Assembly: GCA_045597585.1 (NCBI GenBank)
Contig: JAZLKL010000181.1
Location: 965-64,964, forward strand
Reading direction: 5' to 3'
From: Bacteroidaceae bacterium
Lineage (GTDB): Bacteria > Bacteroidota > Bacteroidia > Bacteroidales > Bacteroidaceae
DNA: 64,000 nt
Shown here: positions 19,129-28,502 of the stretch, in pieces
How the letters are laid out: each line of letters begins with the position of its first letter
How positions within the stretch are numbered: position 1 is the first letter of the stretch
Notes under the pieces: generated by a model
Told to the model about the DNA's origin: nothing
Seen by the model: the letters and a program-made list of their open reading frames with translations, nothing else
The model's database searches: none
Program-made: the position numbers and the translations under genes

Positions 19129-19467
19129 AACCGTGTTCAACCCGAAGGCAACCCGAAGGATGCCCGAACCATTCTAAATAGGAAAGAACCATAAAACCAC
19201 CTGAATGCAGAATGTTTTACAAAATTGATATAGAGAACTAAAAAAATGATTTAGTATGGCGATAGCAAAGAGTCAACAAGCCAGTAAAATATCAGATTAT
19301 CCTAAATTTTGGGAAATTCTAAGCCAACGTGTGTTTTAGCCGAACAATCGCGATTATGTTTAATAGAGATATGTATTATGTAAGCGTTTGCTATATGGGT
19401 GGTAATAACCCTATGTAAATCAGTGTATATTAGTTTCTTTTTGGTAAATCTGAGGTTAATACAATAT

Positions 19468-19498
19468 CAAAAAAAGAGCGCCAAAATGAATTGGCGCT
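19468..19498 (-). terminator. Rho-independent terminator of the TPR gene
   Basis: Stem GAGCGCCA/TGGCGCTC. On the minus strand it is followed by a T-run (plus-strand A-run 19468-19474), 23 nt past the stop. Confidence 0.75.
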
Positions 19499-19520
19499 CA
19501 AATGTATAAAAAAGTTAAGA

Positions 19521-20936
19521 TTAATAATCACTTGGAAGTTCTGCAAGCTTAGCCTTCTCACCCAGGTTCTGGTAGATAACCTTCAACTCGCTGGCCCATC
19601 GCATAGGCTCGTCTGGCTTCAGCTCGCGAACCTTCTCGAAATAAGGTGCAGCCTGACGAAGGTATTTCTTAACGAGATTCTCTGACTCCTTGTCGGCAGC
19701 TGCCTGTGAAGTATATTTCTTTCCAGAGATCTTGCGTCCGTTCTCCAAGCCAATCTGATAATAGCAGAAACCACACTGGTAGTTACCATCGAAGAAATCA
19801 GGATCGGTCTCAACGCTCTTCAGGTAATACTTCAATGCCTCCTCATACTTCTGCTGAGAAACATATACGTAACCCATACCGTAATTAGCAATCTTGTTGC
19901 CTGAATCCTTTGCTAAAAGCTCTTCTGCAAACTCGGTCATCTCCTTGGTACCCTTCTGGCTGTAGTAAGCCAACAGGTTCTGGGTTGCCACCTCAGCGTT
20001 AGAAGAATTAGGATCCTCGGCAATCATATCCTTCAAGCACTTGGTCCATGCCACGGTATCACCCTTCTGAAGGTAAATCTGAGGACGGCTACTAATCACA
20101 AATGAATGGCTGCTCTCGTCGTCGAACTGCAAAGCCTCCTCGTAGTATTTGTCGCACACATCAAACTTCTTTTGCTTGTAAGCGATGAAATATATGTTGA
20201 ATGCGAACTGTGCATAAGGAATCTCTGGATTTGCCACTTTGGATGAGCTGGCCATCTCAGGATACTTTGTTGTAAAGTTCTTATAGCTGTCGAATGAAGA
20301 GCATGCACTCTCCAAATTGTTGCTTTCGATGGCAAACTGTGCAGCATAAGCCAGGTATTTGTGCAAACTGGGGAACTTAGCTTCTACCTGAGCCATAATC
20401 AGCTTTTGCTGGTCATCACTCTTCTTGCCGTATTTTAGCTGATAATGACAAGCATCACAGAGTTCGTTGGCTGCACTTGCAAAGAAAAGAGTATCGAATG
20501 GTTGCTTGCCGGCAGCCTTATTCAACTCTGTGTTGATGAGCTGTGACAGCATGAAGTCCTGAGCACGATAGGCATTGAAAAAGTATTTCTCATCGAGATA
20601 TCCCGTACCTAAAGCCTTTGTCATCAAGGGTGCACCCTTCTTGGCCATATCCAACAAGAAACTGTTCACCTCATTCTCTTTGGCTTTCTGCTTATCTGGG
20701 TTGCGCTCCATCATCTTGTACTGATTAAGCTCATTCAATTTTTCGTTCGACTGGTCGTAGCACTTGAAGGCTTCCTTGTAAATACCTTCAGCCTTGTTCT
20801 GTTCGGCTTTCGCTGCTGCCTTTGCAGCTTTTTCTGCCTCTTTTGCAGCCTTAGCTGCGGCCTTATCGTCAGCTGACTGGGCCATCATGGAGCCTGCAAA
20901 CAACAAGGCTGCCAAGCTTAAAACGATCTTTTTCAT
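19521..20936 (-). CDS. Secreted TPR-repeat protein
   Basis: Signal peptide, an Ala/Lys-rich helical N-terminus, and repeated TPR-like A-x-x-Y-Y/AL-x-x-P patterns. Confidence 0.7.
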   Translation of the reverse strand: MKKIVLSLAALLFAGSMMAQSADDKAAAKAAKEAEKAAKAAAKAEQNKAEGIYKEAFKCYDQSNEKLNELNQYKMMERNPDKQKAKENEVNSFLLDMAKKGAPLMTKALGTGYLDEKYFFNAYRAQDFMLSQLINTELNKAAGKQPFDTLFFASAANELCDACHYQLKYGKKSDDQQKLIMAQVEAKFPSLHKYLAYAAQFAIESNNLESACSSFDSYKNFTTKYPEMASSSKVANPEIPYAQFAFNIYFIAYKQKKFDVCDKYYEEALQFDDESSHSFVISSRPQIYLQKGDTVAWTKCLKDMIAEDPNSSNAEVATQNLLAYYSQKGTKEMTEFAEELLAKDSGNKIANYGMGYVYVSQQKYEEALKYYLKSVETDPDFFDGNYQCGFCYYQIGLENGRKISGKKYTSQAAADKESENLVKKYLRQAAPYFEKVRELKPDEPMRWASELKVIYQNLGEKAKLAELPSDY

Positions 20937-20964
20937 AATAATTATGTATTAAGATTAAATTAGG

Positions 20965-23544
20965 TTAAACATTCTCGTTATTATTCTCGTTGTTCTCAAT
21001 ATTCTCGTTCTGCTGGGTCTCTGTATTCTCCACGCTTGCACTCTCTACATTCTCAGCACCCTCTTCGGTTTCCTCCTCTTCTTCACGAGGAACCACGCAG
21101 ACGTTGCTGATGACATCGTTGCGCTTTGTGATGTCGATGAGTTTAACACCTTGTGCCACACGACCCGTCTGGCGAATGGTATCGACGTGCATACGGATGG
21201 TGATACCGCTCTTGTTGATGATCATGAGGTCGTTGCTGTCGTCAACGGCACGGATGGTAACCAGCTGACCCGTCTTGTCGGTAATATCGAGCGTCTTGAC
21301 ACCCTTGGCACGACGGCTTGTCTTGCGGTAGATATCGTTGCCGTCCTCATCCATCAAGGCGCTGCGCTTACCGAATCCCTTTTCGCTGATAACCACAATG
21401 CTGTCGGTCTGAGGATTGCTGACGGCCACCATGCCTACTACCCTATCCTCTTCGTTATCGAGCACCATACTGGTCACACCGGTGGCGGCACGGCCCATAG
21501 GACGAACGTCACTCTCATGGAAGCGGATGGCACGGCCGTTCTTATTGGCGATGACAATCTCGTCGTTGCCGTTGGTCAGCGCTACGCTGAGCAGACGGTC
21601 ACCTTCGTTGATGTTGAGAGCAATGACACCATTGGCACGTGGACGAGAGTATTCCGTCAGGCAAGTCTTCTTGATGACACCACGCTCGGTACAGAAGAAC
21701 ACATAGTGGTTAGCACAGAACTCAGCATCGCTCAACTTACGGATACAGAGGCAAGCCTCTACCTTGTCATCGGGTTCGAGCATCAGCATGTTCTGGATGG
21801 CACGTCCCTTGTTGGCCTTTCCACCCTCGGCAATCTCATAGATCTTGAGCCAGTAACAACGACCTTTCTGCGTGAAGAACATCATGGTATTGTGCATCGT
21901 ACCAATGTACATACTCTCGATGAAGTCGCCGTCGCGGGTGCTACTACCCTTCACTCCCACTCCACCACGACTCTGGGCACGGAACTCAGCCAGAGGCGTA
22001 CGCTTGATATAACCAAGGTGGCTCAAGGTAACCACGACCTCGTCGTCGGCATAGAAGTCCTCTGCATTGAATTCCTCTGCGCTAGGCATGATGACAGACA
22101 TACGAGGAGTCGCAAACTGCTCCTTCACCTCAATCAGCTCGTCCTTCATCACCTTACGGCAAAGTTCGTCGTTGGTAAGAATCTCCTTATAATATTTAAT
22201 CTTCTCCTGCAACTCATCGAACTCGTTGTGCAAGTCAACCTGACGCATGTTGGTCAGTTGGCTCAGACGCATATCCACAATGGCCTTACTCTGAAGCTCA
22301 TCAAGGCCAAAACGATTCTCGAGGTTCACCTGAGCATCGGCAGGCGACTTGCTGGCGCGAATGATGCGTACGACCTCCTCGATGTTATCACTTGCGATAA
22401 TCAAGCCCTCGAGGATGTGGGCACGCTCCTCTGCCTTCTTCAAGTCGTACTTGGTGCGACGGATGACCACCTCATGACGATGCTCCACGAAGTTGGCGAT
22501 GCAGTCGTGAAGAGTCAGCAGTTTGGGACGCCCCTTAACCAGGGCGATGCTGTTTACGCTGAAACTGGTCTGCAAAGGAGTCATCTTGAAGAGCTTGTTC
22601 ATCACCACGCGGCTGTTGGCATCGCGCTTCACCTCCACCACGATGCGCATACCTTCGCGGTCAGACTCATCGTTGACGTTGCTGATGCCTTCGAGCTTGC
22701 CTTCCTTGACAAGTTCTGCGATATACTTGATGAGCTCAGCCTTATTCACACCATAGGGAATCTCGGTAAAGACAATGGTGTCATGCTGGTCGCCTGCCTC
22801 GATGTCGCCCTTGGCACGCATGATCACACGACCACGTCCCGTTTCATAAGCATCCTTGATGCCCTGGGTGCCCATGATAAAGGCACCGGTGGGGAAATCG
22901 GGGCCCTTGACCCATTCCATGAGCGCCAGGCTGTCGAGTTCGGGGTTGTCGATGAAAGCCACACAGGCATCAATAACTTCGCCCAGGTTGTGGGTGGGGA
23001 TGTTGGTAGCCATACCAACGGCAATACCGGTGGCACCATTTACCAGGAGGTTGGGGATGCGGGTAGGCATAACGGTAGGCTCCTTCAACGTGTCGTCGAA
23101 GTTGTTGACCATATCAACCGTATCCTTGTCGAGGTCGTCCATCATGGCTTCGCCCATCAGCGAGAGGCGAGCCTCGGTATAACGCATGGCGGCGGCGCCA
23201 TCACCATCCACGGAGCCGAAGTTACCCTGGCCATCTACCAAGGTGCAACGCATGTTCCACTCCTGAGCCAGGCGAACCAAGGCACCATATACGGAACTGT
23301 CGCCGTGTGGGTGATACTTACCCAGTACCTCACCGACAATACGGGCACACTTCTTATAAGGTTTGTTGTGTGTGTTGCCCAGTTCCTTCATTCCGAAAAG
23401 GATGCGACGGTGAACGGGCTTGAAACCATCGCGTACATCGGGCAAGGCACGTGCTACAATGACAGACATACTGTAGTCAATGTAACTTTTTCGCATCTCC
23501 TCCTCGATGTCGATTTTAATAATTCTTTCTTCTGCGTCTAACAT
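20965..23544 (-). CDS. gyrA: DNA gyrase subunit A
   Basis: Motifs ARALPDVRDGFKPVHRRIL, GKYHPHGD and AAMRYTEARL. Start set at MLDAEERI (ATG 23542-23544). Acidic/Asn-rich C-terminal tail. Confidence 0.95.
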   Translation of the reverse strand: MLDAEERIIKIDIEEEMRKSYIDYSMSVIVARALPDVRDGFKPVHRRILFGMKELGNTHNKPYKKCARIVGEVLGKYHPHGDSSVYGALVRLAQEWNMRCTLVDGQGNFGSVDGDGAAAMRYTEARLSLMGEAMMDDLDKDTVDMVNNFDDTLKEPTVMPTRIPNLLVNGATGIAVGMATNIPTHNLGEVIDACVAFIDNPELDSLALMEWVKGPDFPTGAFIMGTQGIKDAYETGRGRVIMRAKGDIEAGDQHDTIVFTEIPYGVNKAELIKYIAELVKEGKLEGISNVNDESDREGMRIVVEVKRDANSRVVMNKLFKMTPLQTSFSVNSIALVKGRPKLLTLHDCIANFVEHRHEVVIRRTKYDLKKAEERAHILEGLIIASDNIEEVVRIIRASKSPADAQVNLENRFGLDELQSKAIVDMRLSQLTNMRQVDLHNEFDELQEKIKYYKEILTNDELCRKVMKDELIEVKEQFATPRMSVIMPSAEEFNAEDFYADDEVVVTLSHLGYIKRTPLAEFRAQSRGGVGVKGSSTRDGDFIESMYIGTMHNTMMFFTQKGRCYWLKIYEIAEGGKANKGRAIQNMLMLEPDDKVEACLCIRKLSDAEFCANHYVFFCTERGVIKKTCLTEYSRPRANGVIALNINEGDRLLSVALTNGNDEIVIANKNGRAIRFHESDVRPMGRAATGVTSMVLDNEEDRVVGMVAVSNPQTDSIVVISEKGFGKRSALMDEDGNDIYRKTSRRAKGVKTLDITDKTGQLVTIRAVDDSNDLMIINKSGITIRMHVDTIRQTGRVAQGVKLIDITKRNDVISNVCVVPREEEEETEEGAENVESASVENTETQQNENIENNENNNENV

Positions 23545-23645
23545 TCCTATTTTAATTTTTTTAAATCGTCGTTTTTTGGGGGAAATCGCCATAAAGGCCA
23601 TTTCCTTGCATTCTGAGCGGTTAAAGCTATTTTTATAATAGCGCA

Positions 23646-23653
23646 CAAAGATA
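23646..23653 (-). promoter_or_regulatory. -7 promoter box (TATCTTTG on the minus strand) for gyrA
   Basis: CAAAGATA on the plus strand, about 100 nt upstream of the gyrA ATG. Confidence 0.55.
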
Positions 23654-23715
23654 GTGCTTTTTTCTGAAAAACGAAAATTTTTCGGCAAAAAAGCACAAAT
23701 AAACGAAATTGGCAT

Positions 23716-23723
23716 TATCTTTG
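23716..23723 (+). promoter_or_regulatory. -7 promoter box (TATCTTTG) for clpC
   Basis: Lies 57 nt upstream of the ATG at 23780. Confidence 0.6.
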
Positions 23724-23779
23724 CAAAAATAAAGCTAAGAAACAGTGTTGTTTTAAAAGCATGTAGATATAAACCATAT

Positions 23780-26293
23780 ATGATGACAAATAAATTTTCG
23801 GCACAAATGTCTCAAATACTCGGCTTTAGCCGAGACGAGGCCATACGTTTGCAAAACGAGAATGTGACACCAGTGCACATCCTACTGGGCATTATGCGCG
23901 ACCCTCGTTGTGTGGCCAACGAACTTGTATGCCGTTTTTGCGATAATCCCAAGCAGCTGAAAGCACAGCTGGAGAACGTGGCACGACAGAAATCTGCCAT
24001 TATGACACTTCACCCCGACGATATGACACTCGACGCACAGGCTTCGAGAATACTGAAGTTGTGCGTTCTTGAGGCCACAAACCTGAAGAGCGACACCGTG
24101 GAGAGTGAGCACATGCTGCTGGCCATACTGCGCGAGAAGGACAACGATGCCAGAACGCTGCTTGAGCAGAATGCCATTCATTACGATGACATCATGACAG
24201 CCGTTAACCCACAAACCGACGTAAAGGATGGTTTCGGCTTCACGGATGCAGACGAGGAAGATGAGGACGATGTGCGTCCACAGAGCAAGACAACCACCAC
24301 GAAGTCGCATGCCGCCACTCCTGCGCTCGACAATTTCGGTACTGACCTTACCAAGATAGCCAAGGCCGGCAAGTTGGACCCTGTGGTGGGACGCGAGAAA
24401 GAGATTGAGCGTATGGCACAGATTCTGTGCCGCCGCAAGAAGAACAATCCGGTGCTGATAGGTGAACCTGGTGTGGGTAAGAGTGCCATCGTAGAAGGAC
24501 TGGCTCTGCGCATCGTCAACCATCAGATATCACGCAGCTTATGGAACAAGCGTGTCATTGCCCTCGACCTGGCTGGAGTGGTGGCCGGCACAAAGTATCG
24601 CGGACAGTTTGAAGAACGCATCAGAACCATAATAACAGAACTTCAAAGAAATCCCGACATAATTGTATTTATTGACGAGATACACACCTTGGTGGGTGCA
24701 GGTTCTGCTCCAGGTTCGATGGATGCGGCAAATATGCTGAAGCCTGCATTGGCACGTGGTGAAATACAATGCGTTGGCACCACAACCCTTGATGAATACA
24801 GAAAGACAATAGAGAAGGATGGTGCTCTTGAAAGACGCTTCCAGAAGATTCTCGTAGATGCCACTACGTATGAAGAAACCATACAGATTCTGAACAACCT
24901 GAAGGAGCACTATGAAGATTACCACAGCGTGACCTATACACCAGAGGCCATCAAGGCTTGCGTGGCCTACACTGAACGATACATCACCGACCGTAGTTTC
25001 CCCGACAAGGCACTTGATGCCATGGATGAAGCTGGCGCACGCGAACATATTAAAGATGTACCTGTGAGCGAAGAGATACTTGACCAGGAACATCTCATCA
25101 TGCGACTCACCGAGAAGAAGGACAAGGCAGCCAGTCAGCAGAACTTTGAACTGGCAGCCGACTATCGCGACCAGCTGAAGCAGGCAGAGGACGAACTGGC
25201 ACTGATGCAGCAGAAGTTTGCCGAGGAGCAGAAAAACCAGAGACGCATTGTGGATGTGCAACAGATAGCCGAAGTGGTTTCTATCATGACCGGCATTCCC
25301 GTACAGCGCATCGGGGAGGAAGAGAACACCCGACTCAGAAACCTTGCCCCTACCCTGTCATCCACCGTTATCGGACAAGACGAAGCCATCAAACAGATAG
25401 CACGTGCCATACAGCGTAGCCGTGTGGGACTGAAAGACCCCAAGAAACCTATCGGTACCTTCATGTTTGTGGGTCCCACGGGTGTGGGTAAGACCTATCT
25501 TGCCAAGAAACTGGCCGAGGAGATGTTCGGCAATGAGGATGCTTTGATACGCATAGACATGAGCGAATACATGGAGAAGCACAACGTAAGCCGAATGGTG
25601 GGTGCTCCTCCAGGATACGTAGGCTATGACGAAGGTGGACAGTTGACTGAACGGGTAAGAAGAAAGCCCTACTCCATCGTACTGCTCGACGAGATAGAGA
25701 AAGCGCATCAGGATGTGTTTAACCTCTTGCTGCAAGTCACCGATGAGGGACGACTGACCGACGGCAATGGTACGACTGTAGATTTCCGCAACACGATAAT
25801 CATCATGACCTCGAACTGCGGAACGCGTCAGCTGAAGGATTTTGGACATGGTGTGGGTTTTGCAACCGCCTCCGACCCTGCACTGGACAAGGCATTTGCC
25901 CGTTCGTTAATCAAGAAGGCATTGCAGAAGCAGTTCGCACCCGAATTCCTGAACCGACTAGACGACATCGTCTTCTTTGACCAGTTAGACGAAGAGGCTA
26001 TCCGCAAGATTGTCAATATCGAACTGCGTCCCCTCAAGCGCCGTATCAGCGACCTTGGCTACAATCTGCAACTCACGGATGAAGCAAAAGACTTTCTGGG
26101 CAAGAAAGGATATGATGCGCAGTATGGCGCCCGTCCACTCAAGCGTGCGGTTCAGAACTATCTTGAGGATCCCATCTGCGAGTTGCTCATGAGCGATGAA
26201 ATGCCCGAACTGGGAAGCACGCTATCTGTCGTTCTCAATCAAAACGAAAAGGAGCCAAAACTTGACATTGAAGTAATTACACAACAACTATAG
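23780..26293 (+). CDS. clpC: ATP-dependent Clp protease ATP-binding subunit, ClpC-type AAA+ chaperone
   Basis: Clp N-domain repeats, two Walker A motifs ([17 protein letters not shown]), and a short UVR-like linker ([14 protein letters not shown]) instead of a long ClpB M-domain. Start set at MMTNKF. Confidence 0.9.
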   Translation: MMTNKFSAQMSQILGFSRDEAIRLQNENVTPVHILLGIMRDPRCVANELVCRFCDNPKQLKAQLENVARQKSAIMTLHPDDMTLDAQASRILKLCVLEATNLKSDTVESEHMLLAILREKDNDARTLLEQNAIHYDDIMTAVNPQTDVKDGFGFTDADEEDEDDVRPQSKTTTTKSHAATPALDNFGTDLTKIAKAGKLDPVVGREKEIERMAQILCRRKKNNPVLIGEPGVGKSAIVEGLALRIVNHQISRSLWNKRVIALDLAGVVAGTKYRGQFEERIRTIITELQRNPDIIVFIDEIHTLVGAGSAPGSMDAANMLKPALARGEIQCVGTTTLDEYRKTIEKDGALERRFQKILVDATTYEETIQILNNLKEHYEDYHSVTYTPEAIKACVAYTERYITDRSFPDKALDAMDEAGAREHIKDVPVSEEILDQEHLIMRLTEKKDKAASQQNFELAADYRDQLKQAEDELALMQQKFAEEQKNQRRIVDVQQIAEVVSIMTGIPVQRIGEEENTRLRNLAPTLSSTVIGQDEAIKQIARAIQRSRVGLKDPKKPIGTFMFVGPTGVGKTYLAKKLAEEMFGNEDALIRIDMSEYMEKHNVSRMVGAPPGYVGYDEGGQLTERVRRKPYSIVLLDEIEKAHQDVFNLLLQVTDEGRLTDGNGTTVDFRNTIIIMTSNCGTRQLKDFGHGVGFATASDPALDKAFARSLIKKALQKQFAPEFLNRLDDIVFFDQLDEEAIRKIVNIELRPLKRRISDLGYNLQLTDEAKDFLGKKGYDAQYGARPLKRAVQNYLEDPICELLMSDEMPELGSTLSVVLNQNEKEPKLDIEVITQQL

Positions 26294-26318
26294 AAGTTAT
26301 AATTAAATTAAATAAACC

Positions 26319-28370
26319 ATGCAAACTGGAAACATTGGGGTTACCACTGAGAACATCTTCCCCGTCATCAAAAAGTTTCTCTACAGTGATCACGAGATTT
26401 TTCTCCGCGAGATAGTAAGTAATGCCGTTGATGCCACCCAGAAGCTCAAGACGCTTGCTGGCAAGGGTGATTTCAAGGGCGAGATGGGCGACCTCAAGGT
26501 GAGTGTCAAGCTCGACAAGGAAACCGGTACCATTACCGTCAGCGATATGGGTATCGGAATGACCGCCGACGAGATAGAGCGCTACATCAACCAGATTGCC
26601 TTCAGCGGAGCCAATGACTTCCTCGACAAGTACAAGGACGATGCCAATGCCATTATCGGCCACTTCGGTCTGGGTTTCTATTCTTCGTTCATGGTCAGCA
26701 AGAAGGTGGAGATCATTACCAAGAGCTATCAGGACGCACCCGCTCAGAAGTGGAGCTGCGACGGTTCTCCCTCATTCACTCTGGAAGAAACTACCAAGGC
26801 AGAACGTGGTACTGACATCGTGATGTATGTTGACGACGACTGCAAGGACTTCCTGGAGAAGGACAAGCTGGAAGGACTCCTGAAGAAATATTGCAACTTC
26901 CTTCCTGTTCCCGTAGTATTCGGTAAGAAGCAGGAGTGGAAGGATGGAAGCTATCAGGATACTGACGAGGACAATGTAATAAACAATGTAGAGCCCATCT
27001 GGACCAAGAAGCCTGCCGACCTTAAGGATGAGGATTACATCTCGTTCTATCGCAGCTTGTACCCCATGCACGATGAACCTCTTTTCTGGATTCATCTGAA
27101 CGTGGATTACCCTTTCAATCTGACTGGTGTTCTTTACTTCCCCAAGATCAAGAACAACATCGAGATGCAGCGTAACAAGATCCAGCTATACTGCAACCAG
27201 GTGTTCGTGACCGACAATGTGGAGAATATCGTACCCGAATTCCTCACTTTGCTGCATGGTGTAATCGACTCACCCGATATCCCCCTCAACGTGAGCCGCA
27301 GCTATCTGCAGAGCGACCAGAACGTGAAGAAGATCTCTACCTATATTACCAAGAAGGTTAGCGACCGTCTGCAGAGTATCTTCAAGAGCGACCGTCCTGA
27401 ATTTGAAAAGAAGTGGGATGACATCAAGATCTTCATCCACTACGGTATGCTCTCTCAGGAGGACTTTTATGACAAGGCGAATAAGTACTTCCTTTTCAAG
27501 GACACTAACAACAAGTACTACACCATCGAGGATTACCAAACCCTTATCAAGGACAACCAGACAAACAAGGATGGACAGTTAGTATATCTCTATGCAAACG
27601 ACAAGGATGCCCAGTACACCTACATCCAGTCAGCCGAGGCTAAGGGATACAACGTACTGATGATGGACGGACAACTTGACACCCCTCTGCTGCAGATGTT
27701 GGAGCAGAAGCTGGAGAAGGCAACCTTCACCCGCGTAGATAGTGACGTGGTAGATCGTCTGATTCAGAAGGAGGAAACCAAGCGTGATGTACTTGAGGCA
27801 GAGCGTGGCGACAACCTCTCAAGCATCTTCCGCAGTCAAATGCATAAGACTGACAAGACGGACTTCCACGTGGAAGTGCAAGCTCTCGGCGAGGATGCCT
27901 TGCCCGTGATGATCACTCAAAGTGAGTATATGCGTAGAATGAAGGAGATGAGCCGTCTGCAAGCTGGCATGGCATTCTATGGTGAGATGCCCGACATGTA
28001 CAACCTCGTACTGAACAGCGACGCTCCTCTAATCAAGGCTGTACTTGAAGAGAGCGAGAAGGCTACAGAGGAAGAACTGAAGCCTATTGTAAGCGAGATC
28101 AAGGGATTGAGTGCTCGCCAGGCAGTATTGCGTCAGGAGCAGGACAAGAAGAAGCCTGAGGAAATCACACAGGCAGAAAAGGATGACCTCAAGGACTGTG
28201 CTGACAAGATCAAGGCAGAACAGGACAAGAAGAATGCCGTACTCAAGGCTTATGGTGAGGGTAACGAGCGCGTTCATCAACTTATCGACCTGGCCTTGCT
28301 TCAAAATGGCATGCTCAAAGGCGAAGCTCTCACAAACTTCGTTAAGCGCAGCGTAGCGATGATCAAATAG
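26319..28370 (+). CDS. htpG: Molecular chaperone HtpG (Hsp90)
   Basis: N-terminal GHKL motifs FLRELISNA-type (FLREIVSNAVDA) and GQFGLGFYS-type (GHFGLGFYSSF). Length fits at 683 aa. Confidence 0.95.
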   Translation: MQTGNIGVTTENIFPVIKKFLYSDHEIFLREIVSNAVDATQKLKTLAGKGDFKGEMGDLKVSVKLDKETGTITVSDMGIGMTADEIERYINQIAFSGANDFLDKYKDDANAIIGHFGLGFYSSFMVSKKVEIITKSYQDAPAQKWSCDGSPSFTLEETTKAERGTDIVMYVDDDCKDFLEKDKLEGLLKKYCNFLPVPVVFGKKQEWKDGSYQDTDEDNVINNVEPIWTKKPADLKDEDYISFYRSLYPMHDEPLFWIHLNVDYPFNLTGVLYFPKIKNNIEMQRNKIQLYCNQVFVTDNVENIVPEFLTLLHGVIDSPDIPLNVSRSYLQSDQNVKKISTYITKKVSDRLQSIFKSDRPEFEKKWDDIKIFIHYGMLSQEDFYDKANKYFLFKDTNNKYYTIEDYQTLIKDNQTNKDGQLVYLYANDKDAQYTYIQSAEAKGYNVLMMDGQLDTPLLQMLEQKLEKATFTRVDSDVVDRLIQKEETKRDVLEAERGDNLSSIFRSQMHKTDKTDFHVEVQALGEDALPVMITQSEYMRRMKEMSRLQAGMAFYGEMPDMYNLVLNSDAPLIKAVLEESEKATEEELKPIVSEIKGLSARQAVLRQEQDKKKPEEITQAEKDDLKDCADKIKAEQDKKNAVLKAYGEGNERVHQLIDLALLQNGMLKGEALTNFVKRSVAMIK

Positions 28371-28380
28371 AATGTTTATA

Positions 28381-28484
28381 GGTTACAGGTTATAGGTTAT
28401 AGATATTTTACGTAAACATGTTGTGTACGATTCTACGTAACAACGTTGGTTACTCATAATATCTATAGCCAATAACCTATAACC
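28381..28484. repeat. Long imperfect inverted repeat (GGTTATAGG words) between htpG and nadE, a likely terminator/insulator hairpin
   Basis: GGTTACAGGTTATAGGTTATAGATATT (28381-28407) pairs with the reverse complement of 28458-28484 at about 22 of 27 positions by eye. The interior carries TTACGTAA and TACGTAA. Confidence 0.6.
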
Positions 28485-28502
28485 ATTTATCTTTTAAACA
28501 AC

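Noticed and set aside
19256-19339. A 27-codon ORF (MAIAKSQQASKISDYPKFWEILSQRVF) in the large gap.
   Set aside because: It is too short and isolated to support as a gene. I mention it only as a possible remnant within the orphan-promoter finding.
20965-21090. The unusual acidic/Asn-rich tail of GyrA (EEEEETEEGAENVES...NENIENNENNNENV).
   Set aside because: GyrA C-terminal tails are commonly acidic and variable between taxa. Nothing indicates a separate feature.
21151-23541. A 796-aa ORF on the plus strand, plus many other long ORFs antisense to real genes (for example 1121-1873, 5676-6299, 15260-15979, 51783-52835, 57446-58153).
   Set aside because: Each lies fully inside, and opposite to, a gene with clear family motifs (gyrA, GH2, GH127-like, DUF389, GH31, HTCS). 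Their translations are low-complexity and Gly/Val/His/Leu-rich with no motifs. These are typical shadow ORFs from codon bias.
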